Source of the DNA: Desulfomicrobium sp.
GTDB lineage: Bacteria > Desulfobacterota > Desulfovibrionia > Desulfovibrionales > Desulfomicrobiaceae
Direction of reading: 5' to 3'
Assembly: GCA_040768745.1 (NCBI GenBank)
Contig: JAXGMI010000001.1
Span: forward strand, 160,001 to 224,000
Length of the DNA stretch: 64,000 nt
Part shown: positions 39,474-48,573 of the stretch, one piece after another
Position numbering within the stretch: position 1 is the stretch's first letter
Layout of the letters: each line of letters opens with the position of its first letter
Position numbers and translations under genes: made by a program
Notes under the pieces: generated by a model
What the model was told of the DNA's origin: nothing
The model's database searches: none
What the model saw: only the letters and a program-made list of their open reading frames with translations

Positions 39474-40904
39474 CTAGAACACCAGGACGGTCTCGGTTTT
39501 GCGCTTCAGGAATTCGATGTTGGACTTGAGGGCTTCCCCGGATGCATTCTCTCCGGCCAGGCTCAACGTGTTCAGGAACTCCACTCCACGGGCCTTGACC
39601 TCGGCCAAGTCCTTCCCCCAGATGATGGCCAGTGCCAGATTTGGATCGAAATCCGTCGGAATCTCGTATTCCCGGTCCGTGGGAACCTGGGTATGCATGG
39701 TCAGCCAGGGCAACTCCGGCCAGCTGAACGAGGTGATGCGGCCCACCCACGGAGCAAATTTGTTGTCCGGATCCTCGGCGATGATACGGTATTCGAGCCC
39801 CACGCCGTTCAGGACAATCTCATTTTGGGAATAACCCAGTGGAGCGCCCAGACCGACTCTGATCTGCTCGGCAATGAGATCCACGCCGCCCTTCCCCTTG
39901 ATGGAGGCAATACGGGCCGAAACCCCGTTCTCGACCTGGATGCGGGTGTTCACCTCCATCAGAAAAGGGTGCCCCGTTGGACTGACGATCCATTCCCAGG
40001 TCCCGACGTTGTCGTAGCCAGCCTCCCTGGCCATACGCAGTGAATATTCCGTGATGTCTTCGAGCACCTTGCGCGCGTCAAAGGCGTAGCGCAGGGAAGT
40101 CGGGTCGAAGCCCGGGGCCACTTCGATGCGTTTCTGCCGCCCCAGAGATTGGACCGAGCAGTTGCGTGTGCCGAAGTGAACCGGATTCTGACCCGTCCGA
40201 TCGGCCAGGATCTGCACTTCCAGATGGTTGAAGTCGAAAATGCGCTGTTCGATCAACACTCCTTCGTCCCTGAACTGGCGTTTGGCGTAATTCTTGATCC
40301 GACGCAGGACCGCGCGAAATTTGTCCATGTCGGACACTTCCTCGATGCCCATACCCCCGCCCCCGGCAGAGGCCTTGACCAGGATGACAGGGTCGTTGAC
40401 GCCCTGCTCCTGCTGGAAATCGAACAAGGATTTGGCGATGGCTTCGGCCTCCAGATCGTCTGTCACCGGTTTGTCCGAACCGGGCACCGTAGGAACGCCG
40501 AGCTTGCGGGCCAGGCGTTTCGTGTTGATCTTGTCGCCCAATTCGCGAATGACCTGCCACGACGGACCAATGAACACGAGCTTGCGTTCGCGCTGGGTCA
40601 CGCGCTTGGCAAAGCGGTAGTCTTCAGCGAAAAAACCGTATCCCGGATGAATGGCCGTGGCTCCGGACTCGTCGGCCACGGCGAATATTTCATTGGCGTC
40701 CAGATAGGAACTGACCCGGAACAGGGACTTTTCTCCGCCCAGCCTGCGGGCCAATACACAGTGCTCACTGTGCTTGTCGGGTTCGGTAAAAAGGGCCACA
40801 AAGGCCAGACCCAGCTTTTGGCAGGCCTGCATGATGCGAATGGCTATCTCACCCCGGTTGGCGATGAGGATCGTGTGCCTATGAACTTCACTCGATTTCT
40901 TCAT
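39474..40904 (-). CDS. accC: Biotin carboxylase
   Basis: LIANRGEIA, HPGYGF, KASAGGGGMG, EVNTRIQVE. Confidence 0.9.
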   Translation of the reverse strand: MKKSSEVHRHTILIANRGEIAIRIMQACQKLGLAFVALFTEPDKHSEHCVLARRLGGEKSLFRVSSYLDANEIFAVADESGATAIHPGYGFFAEDYRFAKRVTQRERKLVFIGPSWQVIRELGDKINTKRLARKLGVPTVPGSDKPVTDDLEAEAIAKSLFDFQQEQGVNDPVILVKASAGGGGMGIEEVSDMDKFRAVLRRIKNYAKRQFRDEGVLIEQRIFDFNHLEVQILADRTGQNPVHFGTRNCSVQSLGRQKRIEVAPGFDPTSLRYAFDARKVLEDITEYSLRMAREAGYDNVGTWEWIVSPTGHPFLMEVNTRIQVENGVSARIASIKGKGGVDLIAEQIRVGLGAPLGYSQNEIVLNGVGLEYRIIAEDPDNKFAPWVGRITSFSWPELPWLTMHTQVPTDREYEIPTDFDPNLALAIIWGKDLAEVKARGVEFLNTLSLAGENASGEALKSNIEFLKRKTETVLVF

Positions 40905-41249
40905 GTTTGGTAGAGTTTCCTCTGGGTAGGTAGGTTGCGTTGGAACAAAAAAACTCATTCGCCCAGGGGCGCCAGGACGCATAAGCTTCATGGCAGGGGG
41001 ACAGGGCTTGCCGCGTGCCGTTTATTCTGTCCGGGCCCCGGAACGGTGCAGGCGAACTTGTCGCAATTACACCTAAAAGTTGCATTACCAAATCGATCTC
41101 ATTTAAGAAGGTGTCCACGGACAGACGGAAGAATCGCCTGCACCCTCCCTTGGCAAGGGCCAGAAGTACACCAGCGGTCTTTCCACTGTCCAGGTTCAAA
41201 GCCCATGTATCCATTCCGGGGTATGCCGCCGCAAACCTCAAGGATCACC

Positions 41250-42086
41250 ATGACTGACATACGCAAACGCATTGAAACAGCGGCCGAGTGGATCGGCGCG
41301 GCCTGCCCTGTCCTGCCCCGCATCGGACTCGTCCTCGGCAGCGGACTGGGCAGCTGGATCACGGACCAGGCCGTTCGGATGCGCATCCCCTATGCAGACA
41401 TACCCGGATTTCCCTTGTCAACGGTCCCGGGCCACTCTGGGACACTCCTTGTGGCTGATATCCGGGATACACCGGTATTGGTTTTTTCCGGCCGTTTTCA
41501 CCTCTATGAAGGCTACGGGGCACAGGAGGTGACTCTCCCCATCCGCTGCCTGGGTCTCCTTGGCACTTCGTGTGTGGTCCTGACCAACGCGGCCGGGGCG
41601 CTGAACCCCCTTTTCGCCACGGGTGGACTCATGGTCATCACAGACCACATCAACATGACCGGGCACAACCCTCTGACCGGCCTCAATGAGGACGCCTGGG
41701 GTCCCAGATTCCCTGACATGTCGCAGGTCTATTGCCCGATCCTGAGGGATATGGCCTTGCATGCGGCGCTGAAGACGGGACAGCGCATGGAGCAGGGCGT
41801 GTACGTGGCCGTGGCCGGTCCAAGCCTGGAGACCCCGGCCGAAACCCGCATGTACAGGATCGCGGGCGCAGACGCCATCGGCATGTCCACAGTACCCGAA
41901 GCCATCGTGGCCCACCACATGGGCATGAAAGTGCTGGGCCTCTCCTGCCTGACAAACAAGAACCTGCCGGACTGCATGGCCCGCACCTCCCAGGACGAGA
42001 TCCTCTCCCAGGCCAGCCAGTCGGCCACGGCCCTGGCCGCCCTTCTCCAGGCCCTCGTTCCTGAAATCCAAGACCATCATGTCTGA
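41250..42086 (+). CDS. punA: Purine-nucleoside phosphorylase (trimeric type)
   Basis: LGSGLG, GRFHLYEG, TNAAG, GPSLETPAE, GMSTVPE. Confidence 0.9.
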   Translation: MTDIRKRIETAAEWIGAACPVLPRIGLVLGSGLGSWITDQAVRMRIPYADIPGFPLSTVPGHSGTLLVADIRDTPVLVFSGRFHLYEGYGAQEVTLPIRCLGLLGTSCVVLTNAAGALNPLFATGGLMVITDHINMTGHNPLTGLNEDAWGPRFPDMSQVYCPILRDMALHAALKTGQRMEQGVYVAVAGPSLETPAETRMYRIAGADAIGMSTVPEAIVAHHMGMKVLGLSCLTNKNLPDCMARTSQDEILSQASQSATALAALLQALVPEIQDHHV

Positions 42087-43716
42087 ACGTGACCATCTTC
42101 TCGCCGAGATCACGGACAACATCTCCAGAAAGGACGTTATCAAGGCCCGTCTGGTGTTGACCCACCTGCAGCACGTGGACGGCACCGCCCGCGAACAGGT
42201 GCTGGGGGCCTTCAGCACTGCGGACCCGGACTTCGCAGTGCCCGTTCTGGCATGGTTCCTGACCGAACACAGCGACATGGCCCTGAGCCATCCCCGGGTC
42301 CGTGAAATCCTGGCTGCGAAAATCCTGGCCATGCCCGAGCTGGCCTCCCGGGCGATCCGGGATCCCTCGACCCCTCACCGCCGGATCTGCGTCTCCATGG
42401 CCGGAGAACTGCGGCTCACATCGACGGTCCCCGATCTTCTGGAGGCCCTGCGCAAATCCACAGATACGGAAGAAATGCAGCAGATTATCGATGTCCTGGG
42501 AGACTTGGGAGACGACCGAGGCACCGATGCCCTCGGTGACGTACTCTGCTCCCACCACCGAGGCCTGGTCATCAGCGCCATCAGTGCTCTCGGCAAGATC
42601 GGCACGTCCACGGCCATGCTCCGCCTCGGCGAACGTATGGGCTCCGACAGCCAACTGGACCTGCTGGCCCTGAACGTTTTCGCCAAGGTCCAGGACTCCA
42701 TCTCCCTGGAAAACCTCAACGCAAGCATGCGTTCGCAGTTTGTCCACGTGCGCACCTGCGCCAAAAAAAACCTGCTCCACATCGGGTCAAAGGCTGTGCC
42801 CATGCTGGCCGAGAACCTCTGCTCCGGGGATCCGGACGTGCAGATCCACAGCCTGAACGTCCTCGGAGACATCGGGGATCCGGCCGCCATAGCCCCTATC
42901 CGCAAGCTCCTGCACAGCCACCCTGAGAATCCCAACGTCCGCTTTGCCGCCTATGAGGCGCTGGGCCTTTTACCCCTGAACAGGGAAGCATTTGTCCTGA
43001 CCCGGGGCCTGAGCGACCCTGTGGAGCACGTCTGCATCGCAGCGGCCAGGGCCATCGACCGCAACCTCAACGGGATCATGCACGCAGGGATCAAAAACCT
43101 GGCCCTGGACCGCAAGGAGGATGCACACAGAATCCTGCGGGCGGTCATCCAGGCCCAGGCCGCGAACCTTTTCCTGAGCCTTGTGTCCGAGAAGAAACTC
43201 CAGGAGACAGCCCGCGATCTGCTGTCCAGGGCCCATCCGGATATTCGAGTTTTTTTTCACGGTATCCTGCGCACCCATGGCCATGCTGAACTGCTCACGC
43301 AGCTCCTGACCCCAGTCCCGGAATGCCGAGCCCGGAAACGGGTCTGCGCTGTGGACGATTCGCGGATGATCCTGAACATCTACAAGTCTACCCTGCATGA
43401 ACTGGGCTACGATTCCTTGCTGTTCGAGTTTCCGGCCAGGGCACTGGAATGGATGGGCGCGGAAAAACCTGATATTGTCCTTACGGATCTGAACATGCCC
43501 GACATCAGCGGCATCGAGCTTTGCCGACAGATCCGCGCCCGATACGGCAAGACCGAGCTGCCGGTTATCATGGTCACCACCCAGAACGGGTTCAACGACA
43601 ACGAGGCCGCGTTCGCGGCCGGCGTGAATGAAATTCTCCAGAAGCCCTTCACTCGCCGGGCCCTGCATGAAGCCATCAAAAGACACCTCGATCAGCCCGC
43701 CGAAAAGGACCGGTGA
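42079..43716 (+). CDS. HEAT-repeat protein with C-terminal receiver domain
   Basis: Repeated ALGKIG/LGDIGD/EALG units, then VDDS...TDLNMP...KP. Confidence 0.85.
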   Translation: MSERDHLLAEITDNISRKDVIKARLVLTHLQHVDGTAREQVLGAFSTADPDFAVPVLAWFLTEHSDMALSHPRVREILAAKILAMPELASRAIRDPSTPHRRICVSMAGELRLTSTVPDLLEALRKSTDTEEMQQIIDVLGDLGDDRGTDALGDVLCSHHRGLVISAISALGKIGTSTAMLRLGERMGSDSQLDLLALNVFAKVQDSISLENLNASMRSQFVHVRTCAKKNLLHIGSKAVPMLAENLCSGDPDVQIHSLNVLGDIGDPAAIAPIRKLLHSHPENPNVRFAAYEALGLLPLNREAFVLTRGLSDPVEHVCIAAARAIDRNLNGIMHAGIKNLALDRKEDAHRILRAVIQAQAANLFLSLVSEKKLQETARDLLSRAHPDIRVFFHGILRTHGHAELLTQLLTPVPECRARKRVCAVDDSRMILNIYKSTLHELGYDSLLFEFPARALEWMGAEKPDIVLTDLNMPDISGIELCRQIRARYGKTELPVIMVTTQNGFNDNEAAFAAGVNEILQKPFTRRALHEAIKRHLDQPAEKDR

Positions 43717-43785
43717 TCGGTTCCGCCACCTCGTTTGCTCTGGCTTGCCGACCCGGCCCTGAACCTTTTTTCCCCGGGATTCAAC

Positions 43786-43815
43786 AAAAAAACGCCCCGT
43801 CGAGCAGGGCGTTTT
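43786..43815. terminator. Probable bidirectional terminator between convergent genes
   Basis: A7-CGCCC...GGGCG-T4. Confidence 0.75.
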
Positions 43816-43838
43816 GCGGGTCCTTCGCAGGAATGAAA

Positions 43839-45092
43839 CTAGAACTTGTATCCCACGGACAAACCGACCATGTGCGCGTCGGCACTGTCGATCTCCCCTT
43901 CATAAACCCCGTCCTGTGGACGGGCGTCGATATCGCGGTCCATGATCATCAGGTACGTATAACTCAGGTCCACCACCCAATTATCCCAGTGGAAGCCCAG
44001 GCCGCCGTTCACAAGGTGGCGGTCGTTGGCCGGAACCATGTAGTCGATGGTGTCGTCCTGCAGAGGCGACTGGTCGAACACGTACCCCACGCGCAGGTCC
44101 AGCCAGTCCAGGGCGGCATATTCAACACCGATGTTGAAACGCCACACGTCATCCCAGTTTTTGGGCTGGGTGGTCTGATCCAGTAGCCCCACTCCTGGCT
44201 TGTAAATGACCGGATCGCCGAAGTTTATTTCCAACTCGTCGTACTTGCTCCATAAGGTGTACACTGCGCCGATCTCGACACTCAATTTTTCCATGGGATA
44301 CATGGCCACGCCGAATGCAAAGGAGTCGGGCAAGGTCACTGTCCCGCTGGCAGTGGTGTCACGGAACGCGCCCATGCCTTGAAGTCGGGCAGGAATGTCA
44401 GAGAAGTCAGCGTCGCCGGTGACTTTCATGGTCACGGGGCTGCGATACGACAGGCCGAGTTTGGCATACTGGCACGGCTGGTAGTGCAGGGCCATGTTGA
44501 AGCCGTAGCCCATCCCGTCAGCGTCAAGGTGCAGGTCGCCTTCAGGGAACGGATTCAAAGGAAGCTTCTGTTTTTTTGAAAAGTTCAGGTACATGGCATC
44601 CACGCCAAAGGCCGCGGACAGGCTGTCCGTAACCTTGACCGCCACGTTGGGATTGATGGACATGGATTCGATAATGGCTTCGTAGGAGTTGAATCTTCCC
44701 GGCCAATCATCGTCGAAGACGGAACCCAGACCGAAGCGTGAAAAGGTGCCCAGGCCGATGCTGTAGCGGTCGTTGATCTTCCACGTGGCATAGAAATGCG
44801 GTGGGAGCCAGAGGGAGTCTTCGTCCGACGTGGTCCATTCATCGCCCGTCCTGACGTCCAAAACAGGATGGATGGCCGTGAATCCGCCCAGGACCTGCAC
44901 GCCGTCCAACTGGGTGATGCCGGCCGGATTGGATGCCAGGGCGGAAGGATCGTCAGCCCGGCCCACGGTGGCTCCGCCCAGGGCATTGCCGCGAGCGCTC
45001 CACTCGTAAATTGCAAACCCGGCCGCCGAGCACAATTGTGCCGAGACAAGCACCACGCACACCGCGAGAGCCCATGTTTTGAAAGTTCGCAT
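43839..45092 (-). CDS. fadL: OmpP1/FadL-family outer-membrane transporter
   Basis: Signal peptide then AGF, NPAG motif, terminal GYKF. Confidence 0.85.
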   Translation of the reverse strand: MRTFKTWALAVCVVLVSAQLCSAAGFAIYEWSARGNALGGATVGRADDPSALASNPAGITQLDGVQVLGGFTAIHPVLDVRTGDEWTTSDEDSLWLPPHFYATWKINDRYSIGLGTFSRFGLGSVFDDDWPGRFNSYEAIIESMSINPNVAVKVTDSLSAAFGVDAMYLNFSKKQKLPLNPFPEGDLHLDADGMGYGFNMALHYQPCQYAKLGLSYRSPVTMKVTGDADFSDIPARLQGMGAFRDTTASGTVTLPDSFAFGVAMYPMEKLSVEIGAVYTLWSKYDELEINFGDPVIYKPGVGLLDQTTQPKNWDDVWRFNIGVEYAALDWLDLRVGYVFDQSPLQDDTIDYMVPANDRHLVNGGLGFHWDNWVVDLSYTYLMIMDRDIDARPQDGVYEGEIDSADAHMVGLSVGYKF

Positions 45093-45135
45093 TCAACCCC
45101 CCTTTTTCTGCGAATGAAGTCCTCGGATCATTTCC

Positions 45136-45274
45136 TGAGCAGACACTCAACTTCTCTTCCCGAGCTGAGCTAAATGAAGAAAGCAAAAGCGTCAAGACCG
45201 GAATAATAGATCATGAGGTCAAGATATTATGAGTCTTCTATCAAGCGGAAACGAAAAATTGAGCGGAGACACAA
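45136..45274. promoter_or_regulatory. Three related TGAG-N6-CTCAA-like imperfect palindromes between fadL and tetR
   Basis: TGAGcagacaCTCAA (45136), TGAGtcttctATCAA (45230), TTGAGcggagaCACAA (45259). Confidence 0.4.
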
Positions 45275-45351
45275 AGAGCAAGAAAATGGTGGACGCAGGA
45301 GATCCCGATGGATAAGAGAGCCGAAAAACGTTCGGAGGTTCGGCCAGGGTC

Positions 45352-45960
45352 ATGGGAAACAAAGAACGTATCCTGGAAACAGCCAAAAAACTCTTCGGCG
45401 AACTGGGGTATGCTGAAACAACCTACAAACGCATTGCCCAGGAAGCGGGCATTGCCGACGGACTCATCGCCCACCACTACGGGAGCAAGGAAAACCTGTT
45501 CCAGTTGGTGGAGATCGGCATTCTTGGGGATCTGCTGCGGAAAATTGACGAAAGCCTGTACTATTCCTCCAATGGCCTTACCAGCACTCTCAATTTCGCC
45601 AAATGCATCCTCAGGGAGTCTGTCAACCCGTCCTCTGACTTTCTGACCTTGCTGCGCTGCTCCCCCTTTCTGGCCAACACGATCAATGCAGACAACTCAG
45701 AAATCCTGAATGTCTGCGCGCAGGTTGTGGACAAGATGCTTGCCTGCCTCGAGCAGGGCATCAACGACGGCTCCATCCGCTCTGATCTTGAGCCTAACCT
45801 GGCGGCCAGTGTCATCTTCTCCACGGTCTTCGGCTCCACCAGGGCACGGCTGCTGGCCAGTGAAAACATCCTGGGCCTGCGCTTTTCCGAGGATTTTTAC
45901 CCCGAAATTCTCAGCATCCTGACCAGATATCTGGAGCCCAGCTCAAAATCCCAAGCCTAA
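45352..45960 (+). CDS. TetR/AcrR-family regulator
   Basis: ILETAKKLF..GY..TT...IAQEAG....HYGSKENL HTH. Confidence 0.9.
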   Translation: MGNKERILETAKKLFGELGYAETTYKRIAQEAGIADGLIAHHYGSKENLFQLVEIGILGDLLRKIDESLYYSSNGLTSTLNFAKCILRESVNPSSDFLTLLRCSPFLANTINADNSEILNVCAQVVDKMLACLEQGINDGSIRSDLEPNLAASVIFSTVFGSTRARLLASENILGLRFSEDFYPEILSILTRYLEPSSKSQA

Positions 45961-46070
45961 ACGTCCTTGTCCTTGTCGGAACCCCCGGCAATCATGGCGT
46001 ATGCCACCAGACATCCCAGCACGAATCCCCCCAGAGTGACCCACCAGATCATCGAATCTCCTGCAGCATG

Positions 46071-47153
46071 CTAATTGAGATGAGCGGAGCGCCCGAGAAC
46101 CACGCGGCTCCCTGACAGCAACGCGAAGAAAATGTTGGCCGCCCAGGCGGCCAATACCGGAGGGATGAGGCCCTTCTCCCCTGCGGATACACAGAGCACG
46201 AAAACGCCATGGTAACAGAATGTGATCAGCAGACCCAGTGGGACGACCGCATAGAGGGACCCAAAGAGGGTGACCAGGGCCAGCCCAACCAGGGCCATGA
46301 TCAGGACCGCGAAGGCATAGGCTATTTTCATGTGCCATGCAGTCAAAAGCCGTTCGATGTTGGAACCGGATTCTTGCAAGCGATCTATTTCCCGACCGAG
46401 CTGCCAGAAGGGCAGGGATTCGAGCTTGGCCTTGGGATCAATGACCAGGAAGCTTTGCACATCCGTGCGCAGATCCAGAAGCATGGCCTCGACCTCCACC
46501 GACGAAAACGCCTTTGGATCGATTTTCGTCACGGCCTGCAAAGCCCAACCTTTCTCCGTGGCGTTGAAATTCCTGGCCCGGATGACTTCCTGCACGACCC
46601 CGCCATTTTGCGGATCAAAGACATACACCGTCAGGTTGGTCCCTGTTTTCTCGGCCGGAGTGACTCCGGCCATATGCACGATCTGATTGCCTTCCCGGAA
46701 CCAGATATCCGTAAGACGACGGGAGGACGCCTGTCTGTTCCGCACCTCCTCGGTCCAGATCCGTTCCGCCGCCTTGTGCCCCCCTGCACCCAATCCTTCG
46801 GAAAACAGGAACTGCACCGCGCAGAGGATCAGTGCATAGCCCAGGATGGTGTTGCACACCCTGCCCAGGGATACGGAGCACGCCTCCAAGGCCAGGAGCT
46901 CACGATTGCGGAGCATGAGGCCCAGCTGGACCAAAAGGGCCAGCAAAAAGACGGCCGGAAAGATCTGGGCCAGGATGAACGGAAGGCGATAGGCATAATA
47001 GGCGGCAATGACTCCAAGCCCCACGCCGGCTTCGAGAAAATCATCCAGGCGATCGAACAGGTCGATGAACACGTAGACCCCGAGGCCCACCCCACACAGG
47101 AGAAAGAGCAGAAACAGATTCTGGCGCAGGATGTAGCGTGACAGGAGGGTCAT
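46071..47153 (-). CDS. lptG: LPS export permease LptG
   Basis: LSRYILRQ and RELLAL; YjgP/Q architecture; follows lptF. Confidence 0.8.
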   Translation of the reverse strand: MTLLSRYILRQNLFLLFLLCGVGLGVYVFIDLFDRLDDFLEAGVGLGVIAAYYAYRLPFILAQIFPAVFLLALLVQLGLMLRNRELLALEACSVSLGRVCNTILGYALILCAVQFLFSEGLGAGGHKAAERIWTEEVRNRQASSRRLTDIWFREGNQIVHMAGVTPAEKTGTNLTVYVFDPQNGGVVQEVIRARNFNATEKGWALQAVTKIDPKAFSSVEVEAMLLDLRTDVQSFLVIDPKAKLESLPFWQLGREIDRLQESGSNIERLLTAWHMKIAYAFAVLIMALVGLALVTLFGSLYAVVPLGLLITFCYHGVFVLCVSAGEKGLIPPVLAAWAANIFFALLSGSRVVLGRSAHLN

Positions 47154-48322
47154 GACCGGGGTCTCCCTGATGGACGGAAAAGGCCTCCGAGCATGGACCA
47201 CACGTCTGATTCCCGCTCACGAATCACCCCCCACAACCCGGCTCCTCCCACCGCCAAAAAAAGGGCATTGGGCATCCACAACGCCACCGCCGGGCTGATC
47301 ACACCGCTTTCAGCCAGAGACATGCCTGCGGACAGCATGACGTAGTAGGCGAAAAAAGCGCCGAGGCAGAACAGAAGCCCGTACTGTCGCTTCATGCCCT
47401 GAAAAAACAGCGCCAGGGGCAGGGCAAAAACTCCCAGAACCATGCAGGCGGCAGGCAGAGCGAATCGCTTGTGCACTTCGATCTGAACCCGGCGCTGGAA
47501 ATTGAGTTTTTCCTGATCCAGGGATTTAGAAATCAAAGAACGTAAATCCCTCCAGGACATTTCCTTGGGTGCCTTGTCCCCGATTTTGAACCCTCCGAGC
47601 AAACGGCTCATGTCCAGAGAAAGGATGTAGCGATCGAAACCAACCACCGAGAGTTCCCCTTCTTCCTCCCTGTACACGTGTCCGTTTTCAAGAAGCACCA
47701 AGACCTGTCCTGCGTTGGGATCGGAATCGATGCGGCCTCTGGGCGCGACGATGGTGGCCTGCGCATTGGGCCTCGAACTGTCCAGGACGAACACGTCCTG
47801 GAGATCCCCGCTGACCGGGTCCGACTGGCGGGCAAAAAACGTCAGGCCCGGAAAGGACGTGTTGAAAACGCCAGGCTGGACATTGACTGCAGTCTTGTGC
47901 CGGGCCAATTCGACCACGGTCTGGCGGAAGTTGTCCATGCCCCAGGAAATGCCGGCCAGGGAAGTCCACAAGGTCAGTCCAGTGCCCAACAGGCAAAGGA
48001 CCAAAGGCGCTGGCAGCAGCGCGCCGGCCCCAATCCCTCCGGCCCGCAGGGAGAGGAGCTCCCGGTCCGCGCCCATGCGCAGAAAGGTCAGAAAAAGACC
48101 CAGCATGCACGAAACCGGGATGAGCAGGATGAGAAAAAAAGGGGTCAGAAAAACGAACAGCTTGCCCATGTCCAGCAGGGTCACTCCCTGGGTCAGAAAG
48201 AGCTCCCGCAGCTGCAGCAGGCGGCCCAGCAGGATGAGGCAGAGAAAACCGCACAGACAGATGCCCGCGATCTGTGTCATCTCGCGGAACAGCTCCCGTT
48301 GCAGGAGGGGGATGCGGATCAC
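47150..48322 (-). CDS. lptF: LPS export permease LptF
   Basis: DRELLSLRAGG, QPGVFN, HKRFALP, WMPN. Confidence 0.82.
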   Translation of the reverse strand: MIRIPLLQRELFREMTQIAGICLCGFLCLILLGRLLQLRELFLTQGVTLLDMGKLFVFLTPFFLILLIPVSCMLGLFLTFLRMGADRELLSLRAGGIGAGALLPAPLVLCLLGTGLTLWTSLAGISWGMDNFRQTVVELARHKTAVNVQPGVFNTSFPGLTFFARQSDPVSGDLQDVFVLDSSRPNAQATIVAPRGRIDSDPNAGQVLVLLENGHVYREEEGELSVVGFDRYILSLDMSRLLGGFKIGDKAPKEMSWRDLRSLISKSLDQEKLNFQRRVQIEVHKRFALPAACMVLGVFALPLALFFQGMKRQYGLLFCLGAFFAYYVMLSAGMSLAESGVISPAVALWMPNALFLAVGGAGLWGVIRERESDVWSMLGGLFRPSGRPRS

Positions 48323-48501
48323 CTGCGGCTGGCCTCGTCACTGTAGAACTTGGCCAGGGCCAATTCCTCTACGGGGGTCATATTGAACCTGGATCCGGCC
48401 TCGGCCATGAGATCCTTCAGGGCCTTCCCGTCGCGTCGATGTTCCTCGATCCAGGCAATGGCGTTCCGCAGATTCCTGTCTGTGGGCATTATGGTGGTCA
48501 T
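48319..48501 (-). CDS. Small hypothetical protein (60 aa)
   Basis: GAGGAG RBS; MTTIMP...AIAWIEE...RFNMTP; stop overlaps the lptF start. Confidence 0.7.
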   Translation of the reverse strand: MTTIMPTDRNLRNAIAWIEEHRRDGKALKDLMAEAGSRFNMTPVEELALAKFYSDEASRR

Positions 48502-48573
48502 GATGTACTCCTCGGGTTGGTTTGCGCCGAGAAGGCCATACCGGAAAGGTCGTCGGGACACAATGTCGCCAAT

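Noticed and set aside
40990..41025. Sigma54-like GGCACG element upstream of accC
   Set aside because: It lacks a correctly spaced TTGC at -12.
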